A DNA stretch of 63,016 bases, counting the filler. It is 6 parts of 6 records of this genome, joined end to end, with 100 filler letters (N's around TTAATTAATTAA, not from the genome) between each part and the next. Parts side by side here need not be neighbours in the genome. Positions count along the whole stretch, not along the records: positions 1 to 24,990 come from SRR2962707_4458; positions 25,091 to 37,619 come from SRR2962707_4459; 4 more parts are not named here. One strand, given 5' to 3'. The notes under the pieces are model-generated. The model had not been told where the DNA came from. It was given only the letters and a program-made list of their open reading frames with translations, and did not search any database. Position 1 is the first letter of the stretch; each line of letters opens with the position of its first letter. Positions 18,941 through 28,827 of this stretch are shown here, piece after piece. The translations under genes and the position numbers were made by a program.

Positions 18941-20182
18941 ATGCCCAGTCCCCCTTTGTTTGCAACGCCTAACTGGAATGACCTTACCTTATTCATACCG
19001 GTTGCGTTTGCCATGACTGTAATGTGGTGGATTCCTGAAGGCGACAAATACGTACCCGCTATTATATTGGTTCTGTTGGGGTACTTCATTGCTTCAAAAT
19101 GTTGGCGCTCAACCCATAGAGAACAAAAGAGAGCTAAGACCCCCTTTTCATTGGTTGTCGCGTCAACCGCGATCGTGTGTGGCGCTGGCTATTTGCTTAA
19201 AGATGGCAATATCTCTGAACTGAGAACAGTTTCAGCCCTGTCGGTCTATTCCGGAATGTCAGTTTGCATGGTTCTTACCCTCAAAAGCTGGCGAACCGTC
19301 ATACTGCTCTCCGGCGCGGGATTCATCGCCGTGTGTTTTTACCAATCCTTCATCAACGATGTCGCACGTGCGCACTTGAACTACAACCCAATACCTTTCG
19401 CCACTGGGTTAGCAACCGTACTTATCAGTTCGTTATTCCTGGCTGTTACATCCGCCGAACTAAAACTGAAACTGATTGCTTGGACAACGACTCTTCTACT
19501 GTTTATTGCGCTTGCGTTGACGGGGACCAGAGGCGTCGTATTGCCAGCCACCTTAATAATGGGCGTGACAATAACCTACCTGCTCTTCAGGCATGCACGC
19601 TCGAATAAGCTTGCTGTTGCGGGCATTGGAATGACTATAATCGTCGCCGTTGCAATTGGTGGTCAAATTCTCGAAAAGCGAATCGACGCCACAGTGTCTG
19701 ACATGGCTCTTATTGAAGCAGGCGATGAAACCGGCTCCATTGGGCTTAGGCTGCAGTTTTGGAAAGCGGCACTAGAAATGTCGACGCTTGAGCCTCTGAC
19801 CGGGCTGGGGGAAAGCCATAAGTCGTCGTTCCAACACCTCGCCGACCAAGGCCTCGTTAACCAGGCAGCTGCGAATTACGCGCCCTACCATTACCACAAT
19901 CAGTACCTCGATACTCTCGTAAAAAAAGGAATTCCCGGGCTTCTGGCTCTTCTGGGCCTTTTGCTAACACCGCCCCTATTGGCGTTCAAGTACTTTCGGC
20001 GCAGCAAACTGGTGTTAGGGAGCGTATTGGGAATTACGTTTATGTACGCGGTCGCATCTCTGACGGACGTACCCTTTAATCACCCTGTGACGATCAATCT
20101 GTTCGTTCTATCGATGATTTCATTGTTGAGCTTAGACTCCGCCGCCGAGCCCCATTCGGATCTTCAACGAACAACTCTCTGA
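18941..20182 (+). CDS. waaL: O-antigen ligase family membrane protein
   Basis: Many hydrophobic helices; NPI, LTGTRG, SIGLRLQFW, PLTGLG, HYHNQYL..LVKKGIPG Wzy_C motifs. Confidence 0.88.
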   Translation: MPSPPLFATPNWNDLTLFIPVAFAMTVMWWIPEGDKYVPAIILVLLGYFIASKCWRSTHREQKRAKTPFSLVVASTAIVCGAGYLLKDGNISELRTVSALSVYSGMSVCMVLTLKSWRTVILLSGAGFIAVCFYQSFINDVARAHLNYNPIPFATGLATVLISSLFLAVTSAELKLKLIAWTTTLLLFIALALTGTRGVVLPATLIMGVTITYLLFRHARSNKLAVAGIGMTIIVAVAIGGQILEKRIDATVSDMALIEAGDETGSIGLRLQFWKAALEMSTLEPLTGLGESHKSSFQHLADQGLVNQAAANYAPYHYHNQYLDTLVKKGIPGLLALLGLLLTPPLLAFKYFRRSKLVLGSVLGITFMYAVASLTDVPFNHPVTINLFVLSMISLLSLDSAAEPHSDLQRTTL

Positions 20183-20943
20183 TAGCCACGCGATTTGCAT
20201 AAGACCGCGCCGAATCTTCGCTTGAGCCGTTGAAACCGCTTGACCAAAAAACTTAAAAGACCTCTTTGCACCTGAGAGCTCAGGTCACTTCTGCTATTTT
20301 CAATGTGGCTGTCGCTACGGTCTACCGGATGGGCCAATTGATGACTGAAGTGGATGGTCAGGTCTCCATTTTTTCCACTGAAAGCCCACCACGCATCCGC
20401 CAATTTTAAAGAGGCTTTTTGTGAGGTCACAATACTGTCGGCGCTGAATCGGGTCACTCCGTAACAGCATGTCCGAAATATGTGATGGGTGGAGTAATGA
20501 GGCAAGGCGAAAATACGGTTTTCAACAATCGGCTTGCCAAATATATATTTGCGGGAAGGCATTCCCTCCTGACCACCTAGAATGATGACTGACTCGTTCG
20601 GGATTAGACGAACGTCTTCAAGAGCCTTTGACAGCCCTGCGTCATCACCCAGCACGTCATCCTCCAGAATTACGGCGCGCTCGGCACCAGAACTCAGAAA
20701 TTGCTCTAGTGCCTCAATGTGGCTGAGACTGCAACCGACTTCAGCAGGCGCAAGAAGTCGCCTATGGTTAACGAACGCACTCGAAGCATATCGAAAATAG
20801 TCCTGTGCGCTCAGCAGACGCCCGTCAACCGCGTCTACTAACCTCATCGTAGGATAGAGGGTTGGGAATGCTGCAGACATTCGTTCGCGTCGAGCGTGGT
20901 CTCCCTTCATGGAGACCAGAAATACCGGGATATCCACCATCAA
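20164..20943 (-). CDS. GT25 glycosyltransferase (Lex1/LgtB-like)
   Basis: FLVSM...RR, AVDG, EVGCSLSH, ILEDD. Confidence 0.9.
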   Translation of the reverse strand: MMVDIPVFLVSMKGDHARRERMSAAFPTLYPTMRLVDAVDGRLLSAQDYFRYASSAFVNHRRLLAPAEVGCSLSHIEALEQFLSSGAERAVILEDDVLGDDAGLSKALEDVRLIPNESVIILGGQEGMPSRKYIFGKPIVENRIFALPHYSTHHIFRTCCYGVTRFSADSIVTSQKASLKLADAWWAFSGKNGDLTIHFSHQLAHPVDRSDSHIENSRSDLSSQVQRGLLSFLVKRFQRLKRRFGAVLCKSRGYQRVVR

Positions 20944-21629
20944 TCGTACTCTCGGTCGGGCGCTGCATCTCTCGCAGTTCGCTTTTTGCGTAATTGCTGT
21001 TTCTTCTCAGATACCTGGTTCTCAAACTCTTTAACATCAAGCCTTATTCCGCTACCGGCATCACCGAAGGCCTCAACGTATGCCTGGTGCAACACGAGAG
21101 GCAACTCCCCCGGCGGCAGCCTTGCTCCTAGATTCGAAAGATTCGACAAAGCCACGCCCTCACGCAACCCCGCACGATGGACACGCACATCGTCTTCGTC
21201 TACCATCCTGATCTGGCCATCAGCGCCCATTAAAAAGTTAGTCAGATTACAATCAGGTTGTTCGATTCCCTTTTTATGAAGATCGGCAATGCACTCTCCC
21301 AAGCGCTTTAAAAGCTGAATCTGCTCGTCGCGGTCGTCCGTCTCTCTCAACAGCTCTCTCATTGGGCGGTAACCCGTGAGGAACTCGGTAGCGAAACCAA
21401 AACATGTCAATTCGGCGATCCAACCAGCATAAACAGTTGGCGGTACCGGCCCACCCACGCGCCGAATTTTCTTGCCACGGCGCAACGCACGAATCCAATG
21501 AACCAACCCGAAAAGCGGCTTACGGTAACACTTGATCGCCGCCACCCGGCCATCCACCAGCCCCCGATAGGTAATCCGGGTTCTACGGGTATTGGAGTGA
21601 AGCTCTTCTTCGAGTTTGACGGTGGTCAT
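20940..21629 (-). CDS. LPS kinase-like protein (Kdo/WaaP/InaA family)
   Basis: AIKCY, PVP, ATEFL, LHKKGIEQPDCNLTNFL (catalytic loop H-to-Q variant), MVDED. Confidence 0.75.
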   Translation of the reverse strand: MTTVKLEEELHSNTRRTRITYRGLVDGRVAAIKCYRKPLFGLVHWIRALRRGKKIRRVGGPVPPTVYAGWIAELTCFGFATEFLTGYRPMRELLRETDDRDEQIQLLKRLGECIADLHKKGIEQPDCNLTNFLMGADGQIRMVDEDDVRVHRAGLREGVALSNLSNLGARLPPGELPLVLHQAYVEAFGDAGSGIRLDVKEFENQVSEKKQQLRKKRTARDAAPDREYD

Positions 21630-21656
21630 TAACGTGAATCGGGCCTGATTGGAAAT

Positions 21657-22421
21657 TTAGTGGGAGGGCTGGCGATGATAGGCTTGGAGCAGATGCTGCC
21701 AGAGGTTTTCCCGCTGGGATGGGGATAAACCTGGGCACCGCTTCCTGACAGAACGCTGAAGTCGTTCCAGGTTTCGCTGCTTCCATGCTGAATCTGTTTC
21801 ATTTTCGCTCTCTGGGACCAGTTTGCAACGGTCAAAGTCGATCAGATAAAGCTGATCCCCCGTCACGAGTATGTTATCGCAGTTCAAATCAACGTGATTG
21901 AGGCCGTTGTCGTGAAAGCGTCGGATGACCTGCCCCAACTGAGCCCACAGAGACTCATCGCTTAAGCGATCGCTGTCGGAAAACGTGACGGAATTCGGTA
22001 TCCGCTCTACCAGTATAGCGGCCCGATACCAGAAAAGCCGGTATTTCCAGGCAATGGCAGCAACGGCTTCCGGTACCGGCAGACCCAGCGAGCGAAGTTG
22101 GCCCAGCAACCGGAACTCGGCCACAGACCGGGTCTGTTCAAAGCCGGTAAACAAATACGTCTTTTCCGCGAAACGGGCCATCATGCCGCCACGTCTGTAA
22201 TGACGAAGCACCATACCCGGCGGCTCCATATCAACAAACCAGGCACCGCCACGTCCACCAGAGGAGACCGGTTTCGCCCTTCCCTCCCAGAAGTCAGGGG
22301 AAAACCAGGACGCGGTCACCCCCTCATACCTCGGTGAGACCAGCAGCAATGACGTTCCGGAATCTGAATGAGTGCCCGTTGCCAATGTCAAAAGATCGTT
22401 ACCCTCGGCCCGGCAAACCAT
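21657..22421 (-). CDS. kdkA: Kdo kinase
   Basis: GGRGGAWFV, VLRHYRRGG, GLPVP, HVDLNCDNIL, LIDFDR, NLERLQRS; start uncertain (ATG 22421 chosen). Confidence 0.9.
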   Translation of the reverse strand: MVCRAEGNDLLTLATGTHSDSGTSLLLVSPRYEGVTASWFSPDFWEGRAKPVSSGGRGGAWFVDMEPPGMVLRHYRRGGMMARFAEKTYLFTGFEQTRSVAEFRLLGQLRSLGLPVPEAVAAIAWKYRLFWYRAAILVERIPNSVTFSDSDRLSDESLWAQLGQVIRRFHDNGLNHVDLNCDNILVTGDQLYLIDFDRCKLVPESENETDSAWKQRNLERLQRSVRKRCPGLSPSQRENLWQHLLQAYHRQPSH

Positions 22422-22516
22422 GGGTTTGCGGGTAAAGACGTTAAAAGCCCAGTAGGCTAGAATGGCGCTCAGTTTACCAACGAGCCCCGCCCGGCTCCAC
22501 ATCCGGCAGTGAAAGA

Positions 22517-23566
22517 TTGGAAACGGACCGTAACTTGATTAACTCCATCTGTATATTGCGCCTGTCCGCCATTGGCGACGTCACCCATGTCATTCCCGTG
22601 GTATTGAGCCTTCAGGAACAGGTGCCCGGCATTAAAATCACCTGGGTAATCGGCAAGATTGAAGCAAAGCTGATTGGCGACCTGCCCGGTGTCGAGTTTG
22701 TCGTTTTCGACAAGAAAGCCGGTCGAAAAGGTTATGCGGACTTGCATAACACCCTGAAAAACAGAAAATTTGATGCCTTGCTGCATATGCAGGTGGCCTT
22801 CAGGGCCAATCTGGCGGCGGCGATGATTCCGGCAAAGGTGAAAGTGGGGTACGACCGTGCCCGTAGCAAAGACCTTCACAGCCTGTTTATAAACCGGAAA
22901 ATTGCTCCGGCAGCGCAACAGCACGTGCGGGATTGCCTGGCGAGTTTCCTGGAGCCACTTGGCCTGAAGCCCGCCGCACCAAAATGGGTCATCCCATTAA
23001 CCTCCGAAGATCATGAGTTTGCCGGGCAACACCTCGCAACGGACCGCAGGAACCTCGTGATCAGCCCCTGTGCCAGCCACACCCTTCGCAACTGGCCTGC
23101 CGAGCGCTATGCCCAGCTGGCTGATCACGCCATCCGCACTCACGGCATGAAGGTGATCCTGGTGGGCAGCCCCGCCCCTTTTGAAGCGGAATTTTGCACA
23201 GACATCGAAAACGCTATGGCGGAACAAGCGCACAACATCTGTGGCAAGGATACACTGAAACAGCTCACCGCTCTGTTGGAACGCGCCGATCTGGTCGTCG
23301 CACCGGATACCGGGCCGGCCCACATTGCCAGTTCAATGGGCACGGATGTGCTGGGTATTTTCGCGGCCAGCAATCCCAATCGTTCCGGCCCTTACAACTC
23401 GCTGCAATGGTGCGTGAATCGATATCCGGAAGCGTTGAAGCGGTTCACTGGCAAGACTGTTGAGCAGGCTCGCTGGGGCGCCAAGGCAGAATTCGAGGGG
23501 GCGATGGAACTGGTGACGGTGGAGGACGTGACGGAGATGCTGGATCAGTGGGTTGCCCAGCACTGA
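22517..23566 (+). CDS. GT9 heptosyltransferase (OpsX-like)
   Basis: ILRLSAIGDV, LHMQVAFRAN, RNWP, PDTGPAHIA, SNPNRSGPY; divergent from kdkA. Confidence 0.9.
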   Translation: METDRNLINSICILRLSAIGDVTHVIPVVLSLQEQVPGIKITWVIGKIEAKLIGDLPGVEFVVFDKKAGRKGYADLHNTLKNRKFDALLHMQVAFRANLAAAMIPAKVKVGYDRARSKDLHSLFINRKIAPAAQQHVRDCLASFLEPLGLKPAAPKWVIPLTSEDHEFAGQHLATDRRNLVISPCASHTLRNWPAERYAQLADHAIRTHGMKVILVGSPAPFEAEFCTDIENAMAEQAHNICGKDTLKQLTALLERADLVVAPDTGPAHIASSMGTDVLGIFAASNPNRSGPYNSLQWCVNRYPEALKRFTGKTVEQARWGAKAEFEGAMELVTVEDVTEMLDQWVAQH

Positions 23567-23607
23567 TGCCGAGCCACTGCCTAGGGCTCTCTCCGGCCTT
23601 CTCTTTG

Positions 23608-23632
23608 ACCCTCTCCCGCGACGGGAGAGGGT
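23608..23632. repeat. REP-like hairpin / bidirectional terminator
   Basis: ACCCTCTCCCG-CGA-CGGGAGAGGGT perfect 11-bp stem between convergent genes. Confidence 0.65.
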
Positions 23633-23662
23633 GTGACAATCCAGGCGAGTGAAAGCACCGCT

Positions 23663-24067
23663 TTACTTGCGGACGGTGTAATCCTGATAGGACTTTTCTT
23701 CCACAAATCGTGACCCCAGGGCCAGGTTCACGTCCTTCTTGATGGCGGCGCGCTTGTCGTTGGTGACATAGACGGCACGAGCCAGTTCAATAAACGTTGC
23801 GCCGAAATCCTGAGCAGCTTCCTGATCACGAATGTCGTCTTCGATTTCCCAGAGCGCCTCGTTCACTTCCTTAAGCTGCCTGCGCAGGTCTGCGATGGCT
23901 GCTTGATCCTGAACGGCCTCGTTCCAGGTGGCGCTCAGTTCGTCCAGCTCGAGCCGAACATTTTTGACCTTTTCCGCGTCTGCTATGCGTTCAGACTTGA
24001 TCTCCAGAATGGTGATCTTGTCCAGCACTTCGCCGAAGGAGACCGGCACTTTGATAACGTCTGCCAT
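23663..24067 (-). CDS. DUF6165-like small protein
   Basis: VPVSFGEVLDKITILEIK, VNEALWEIEDDIR, FIELARAVY.TND.RA.IK, EEKSY. Confidence 0.85.
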   Translation of the reverse strand: MADVIKVPVSFGEVLDKITILEIKSERIADAEKVKNVRLELDELSATWNEAVQDQAAIADLRRQLKEVNEALWEIEDDIRDQEAAQDFGATFIELARAVYVTNDKRAAIKKDVNLALGSRFVEEKSYQDYTVRK

Positions 24068-24104
24068 TTGCTCTTCCTGCAGGTGTTGTTAGTGGACCAC
24101 GGCG

Positions 24105-24990
24105 TTAGCCGTTAACCGCTGTCAGCCAGTGTGAATGCGCAGGACTCTTGCCCTTCACAGCATCGAAATACATACCCTGCAACTTCTCGGTCAGCGGGCC
24201 GCGCTTGCCAGCGCCGATCAAACGGCCATCCAGCTCACGGATCGGCAGCACTTCTGCAGCGGTGCCAGTAAAGAAGGCTTCGTCCGCAATATAGACCTCA
24301 TCCCGGGTGATACGACGCTCTTTCACCGGAATGTTCAGCTCTTTCGCGAAATCCAGGATGGTCTGGCGGGTGATGCCTTCCAGGCAGGACGTCAGTTCCG
24401 GTGTATGGAGCACGCCATCACGCATAATGAAGATGTTTTCACCGGAACCTTCAGCCACGTAGCCTTCATTATCCAGCAACAGGGCTTCTTCGCAGCCACT
24501 GGCAATGGCTTCATTCAGGGCCAGCATGGAGTTGATGTAGTTACCGTTGGCCTTGGCCTTACACATGGTGATGTTGACGTGATGCCGCGTGTAGGAAGAG
24601 GTGCGAACCTTGATGCCCAACTCCTTCGCTTCCGGTGACATGTAGGACGGCCAGCTCCAGGCGGCGACCATCACATGAACCTTGAGGTTGTCGGCACGCA
24701 GCCCCATACCTTCAGAGCCGAGAAACACCATCGGGCGCAGGTAGGCTTCGTCCAGGTTATTCTCCCGCACGGCGGCGGTCTGTGCCGCATTCAACTCGTC
24801 CTTGCTGAACGGCATGGTCATGTTGAGGATATGCGCGGAGCGGAAAAGACGATTGGTGTGATCTTCCAGCCGAAAAATCGCAGCACCCTTTTCAGTGCTG
24901 TAGGCGCGGACACCCTCGAAACAACCCAGACCATAGTGCAGGGTGTGGGTCAGCACGTGAGTTTTGGCTTCCCGCCAGGGAACCATTTCA
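24105..24990 (-). CDS. ilvE: Branched-chain amino acid aminotransferase (5' truncated at contig end)
   Basis: LHYGLGCFEG, YLRP, KANGNY, EGSGEN, LEGITR, TGTAAE. Confidence 0.97.
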
Positions 24991-25090
24991 NNNNNNNNNN
25001 NNNNNNNNNNNNNNNNNNNNNNNNNNNNNNNNNNTTAATTAATTAANNNNNNNNNNNNNNNNNNNNNNNNNNNNNNNNNNNNNNNNNNNN
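24991..25090. other. Artificial contig spacer
   Basis: 44 N + TTAATTAATTAA (stops in all six frames) + 44 N. Confidence 0.99.
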
Positions 25091-25091
25091 A

Positions 25092-26039
25092 TCGATTACC
25101 CAGTTCGGCGTCAGCTTCAAACGGCTGGGCTGGAACTGTACTTTCGTCGACTGTACCAAACCTGAAACGATCAAGGATGCGATCACGCCAAAAACCAAGG
25201 CGATTTTTATCGAAGTCCTGGCAAACCCGGGAGGTGTCGTCCTCGATCTTGAAGCCATAGCCGCCATCGCCAAGGATGCAGGTATCCCGCTGATCGTCGA
25301 CAACACGCTGGCAACCCCGTATCTGTGCCGCCCCATCGAATGGGGTGCGGATATCGTCTGCCATTCCATGACCAAGTTCCTGCAGGGTCACGGGACGTCC
25401 GTCGGCGGGGTCATCGTTGAAAGCGGCAAGTTCGACTGGACCTGTGCCAACGGCGGTCCGGGCTTCCCGACAATGACTGAGCCCGATCCGGCCTATCACG
25501 GCCTGACGTTCTATGAGACCTTCGGTGACTTCGGTTTCACCATGAAGGCGCGTGCCGTCGCGCTTCGTGATTTCGGCCCGGCGCTGTCGCCCACCAACGC
25601 ATTCAACACCCTAACGGGCACCGAGACCCTGCACGTGCGCATGGACCGGCATGTTGAAAACGCGCTCAAGGTTGCTGAATTCCTGGAGAGTCATCCAGCC
25701 GTCGACTGGGTCAGCTACGCGGGCCTCAAATCCAGCCCGTACCACGATCTGGCCAAAAAATACCTCCCCAAGGGGGCGGGCGCCGTCTTTACCTTCGGCC
25801 TCAAGGGTGGCTTCGAAGCCGGCGTGAAAATGGTCGAGAAGATCAATATCTTCTCCCACCTCGCCAACATCGGCGACACCAAATCACTGATCCTGCATCC
25901 GGCCTCGACCACGCACCGGCAGCTGACTGACGAACAACGGGAATCCGCCGGCGCTACGGATCAGACGATCCGGCTGTCGATCGGGCTTGAAGATGCGGAT
26001 GACCTGATCCGTGATCTCGATGAAGCGATGAGCGGCTGA
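25092..26039 (+). CDS. metY: O-acetylhomoserine aminocarboxypropyltransferase/sulfhydrylase (5' truncated)
   Basis: Open frame from the contig start; IVDNTLATP, HSMTKFLQGHG (PLP Lys), HLANIGD, HPASTTH. Confidence 0.93.
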   Translation, partial: SITQFGVSFKRLGWNCTFVDCTKPETIKDAITPKTKAIFIEVLANPGGVVLDLEAIAAIAKDAGIPLIVDNTLATPYLCRPIEWGADIVCHSMTKFLQGHGTSVGGVIVESGKFDWTCANGGPGFPTMTEPDPAYHGLTFYETFGDFGFTMKARAVALRDFGPALSPTNAFNTLTGTETLHVRMDRHVENALKVAEFLESHPAVDWVSYAGLKSSPYHDLAKKYLPKGAGAVFTFGLKGGFEAGVKMVEKINIFSHLANIGDTKSLILHPASTTHRQLTDEQRESAGATDQTIRLSIGLEDADDLIRDLDEAMSG

Positions 26040-27242
26040 TTATTCAGCCGGCTGTGCCATGGCTGCTTTCCTGTCCGACGGCAGGATCATGGCCGCAAAG
26101 GCACCGGCAAGCGAAATGCAGGCCAGCACCATGAACAGCATGTAAAATTCACCTGAATAATCGAACAGCACGGCTTCCAGTTGCACACCCAGCGTCGAGA
26201 AACCGATCGCCACGATGAACTTACAACCGAATGCCAATGCCCTTCGCGCCGGGGGAATGTATCTGGCGAGGATCACATTCTCGGCCGGCAATGATCCATT
26301 ACTGGCGGAAATCATCATAACCGCGAAAAGCACGACCATCGGCCCTGCGGCATAGGCCATGAGAACAAGCAACGGCACCTGCACCATAAATGCCCCGATG
26401 TAGACAAGCTTTGGCGATACCTTGTCAGCGAGCCAGCCCCCCGCGAACTGCATCAGACCGGCAACGAAGAACACGGCCGCGACCAACGAAGAAATGCCGA
26501 ACACACTGCCTTCGAACAGGTGATCAAGACGCATCTGGAAGGCCTTTGGCAGCCCCGCCTGTGTCGCCTGATAGATCACCCCTGTACAGAGCATGGAAAA
26601 TGCCAGCACAGCAAACACCCGAAGCGCATCGCCCTTATCGGACGGCGGCGTCGGTGAACGGTCGATTTTACTCTCGATGATATCGCCCCGGCTGACCAGA
26701 AGCAGAAACGCACACCCTGTTACCAGGATCAGAACACCAGGGATGATGAAGACGGCACGCCAGCCCATGAGGGTAATAATCGTCCCCGCCGTCAACGCCG
26801 CGATCGTCGGCCCCAATGCCCCGAATATGCCGTTGATACCCAGCGCCGTGCCCCGGTTTTTCGCGTTTCGGATCAGCCAAGCAATACCAACCGGGTGATA
26901 AATCGAGGCACAAAGTCCGGTCAGCGCCAGAGCTGCCATGATCTGCCAAGGCGCGCCTGCAAATCCGGTCAGAATCATCGAGACCCCCGTGCCGATGTAG
27001 TAGACGGACATCAAAGGTACTGCGCCGAATTTATCACCAAGCCAGCCGGCAATTGGTGCCCCGAACCCGAACAGAAAACCGCCCATGACGGCAAGCTGGA
27101 TCGCCTCGCCGTGGGTCAGGCCCAGTTCGTCTTCCAGTGTCAGTACTGCCACGTAATAAAGGGGCTGAAACAGGTGGCTATAGGTGTGGCCAATGCTCGA
27201 AAAAATCAGCGAGAGTCTGGCTGAGCGGGCGTCCGTGGTCAT
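26040..27242 (-). CDS. MFS transporter (Fsr-like)
   Basis: About 12 hydrophobic segments; GWLGDKFG and GWLADK motif A, YHP. Confidence 0.9.
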   Translation of the reverse strand: MTTDARSARLSLIFSSIGHTYSHLFQPLYYVAVLTLEDELGLTHGEAIQLAVMGGFLFGFGAPIAGWLGDKFGAVPLMSVYYIGTGVSMILTGFAGAPWQIMAALALTGLCASIYHPVGIAWLIRNAKNRGTALGINGIFGALGPTIAALTAGTIITLMGWRAVFIIPGVLILVTGCAFLLLVSRGDIIESKIDRSPTPPSDKGDALRVFAVLAFSMLCTGVIYQATQAGLPKAFQMRLDHLFEGSVFGISSLVAAVFFVAGLMQFAGGWLADKVSPKLVYIGAFMVQVPLLVLMAYAAGPMVVLFAVMMISASNGSLPAENVILARYIPPARRALAFGCKFIVAIGFSTLGVQLEAVLFDYSGEFYMLFMVLACISLAGAFAAMILPSDRKAAMAQPAE

Positions 27243-27343
27243 GGGATGATGTTCCTCGTCTTAACTTGGCCCTATACATAATACCTGAACCGGCAGGTAG
27301 ATAGAGCCATTACCCATATTTCTTCACCGAACCGGTGCTAAAT

Positions 27344-28741
27344 TCAGAACCCCAGCCCCTTGATAACGCTCGAAAATACATCAAGCGTATCCTGCTCACG
27401 AACATGCCGGCCGCCCGTCACCTGACGTTTTCCGGCGATCCATACTTCCTGAATACCAGAGGAATTCCCGCTGAAGATCATGGAATCGATCAACCTGTCG
27501 CCACTGCGGCCGACCAGTAATGGATGCGACGGATCAAGCACGACAAAGTCCGCGCGGCACCCTTCTCCGATCTTGCCAATTCTGCGGCCAGAAGCCTGCG
27601 CACCGCCACGGAGAGCATCGTCATACAAGCGGACACCGGTTGATTCACCCGGACCGGCTGCGGCGAGATTACGGCGACGTTTGATCAGCCTTTGCCCATA
27701 TTCAAGCCAGCGCAACTCTTCGACAACACTCACCGAAATGTGGCTGTCCGATCCGATTCCCAATCGCCCACCCTGCTCCAGATAACTCAGCAACGGGAAT
27801 ATTCCGTCACCAAGGTTTGCTTCCGTCGTCGGGCACAACCCGGCAATGGCTCCGGAAGTGGCAATCTGCGTGATCTCCTGTTCCGTCAGATGCGTCGCAT
27901 GAACGAGACACCAGCGAGGGCCGACATCGAAATTTTTCATGAGCCATTCAACAGGCCGCAGTCCTGTCTGTTCAACGGATTCAGTGACGTCTTTTTCCTG
28001 CTCGGCGACGTGAATATGAACCGGCGCATGCTGCTCTATCGCGGTAAGACCGTCGATCACTGCCTGCATACCCTCACGAGTCACCTGCCGTGGGCTGTGC
28101 GGCGCAACGCCGATATGCACCTGCGGGTTCCCATTATGGACCCTGTTCACCGCTTCTATAATCTTCAGAAGCTGATCCGGGCTTGAAATAAAACGTCGTT
28201 GTCCGGGGTTGGGTTCCCGACCAGCGTACCCACCTGTTTCATAAAGCACCGGTAAAAGCGTTATCCCGATCCCCGCCCTTGCGGCGGCACGCACCAGCGC
28301 CATCGACATTTCAGCTGGATCGTCATAGGGCGTCCCGCCCGGTCCATGATGCACGTAATGGAATTCACAGACAGCGGTGTACCCTGCCTTGACCATTTCC
28401 ACATAAAGCTGGGCGGCAACGGCCTCCAGGATTTCCGGCGTCACGACTTCAGCAAAGCGATGCATGACATCGCGCCACGTCCAGAAGCTGTCCTCGGCAC
28501 CGGCACCGGATGCGCGGAATTCGCTTAACCCCGCCAATGCCCGCTGGTGGGCATGAGAATGCAGGTTCGGCATGCCTGGAATGGCCGGCCCCGGAAGACG
28601 CGCCATTAGATCCGATTCATAAACCGTATCCACCGAAATCCCGGTTATATCGCCACGTGCATCGATTTCGATGGCGACATTTTTTGCCCAACCGTCCGCT
28701 AGCAGGACATTTTCGCCGAATACAGTCACACCATTGCTCAT
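27344..28741 (-). CDS. hutF: Formimidoylglutamate deiminase
   Basis: PGMPNLHSHAHQRA, DSFWTWR, EFHYVHH, HIHVAEQ, CPTTEANLGDG, GSDSH. Confidence 0.93.
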   Translation of the reverse strand: MSNGVTVFGENVLLADGWAKNVAIEIDARGDITGISVDTVYESDLMARLPGPAIPGMPNLHSHAHQRALAGLSEFRASGAGAEDSFWTWRDVMHRFAEVVTPEILEAVAAQLYVEMVKAGYTAVCEFHYVHHGPGGTPYDDPAEMSMALVRAAARAGIGITLLPVLYETGGYAGREPNPGQRRFISSPDQLLKIIEAVNRVHNGNPQVHIGVAPHSPRQVTREGMQAVIDGLTAIEQHAPVHIHVAEQEKDVTESVEQTGLRPVEWLMKNFDVGPRWCLVHATHLTEQEITQIATSGAIAGLCPTTEANLGDGIFPLLSYLEQGGRLGIGSDSHISVSVVEELRWLEYGQRLIKRRRNLAAAGPGESTGVRLYDDALRGGAQASGRRIGKIGEGCRADFVVLDPSHPLLVGRSGDRLIDSMIFSGNSSGIQEVWIAGKRQVTGGRHVREQDTLDVFSSVIKGLGF

Positions 28742-28827
28742 AACAGACCCTTGTTCACGATGATGTCAGTCTGGATTGATTGCCTACCCGTGATAGTCTC
28801 TGTTCTGCCAGGTGACAAGGAGATCGC

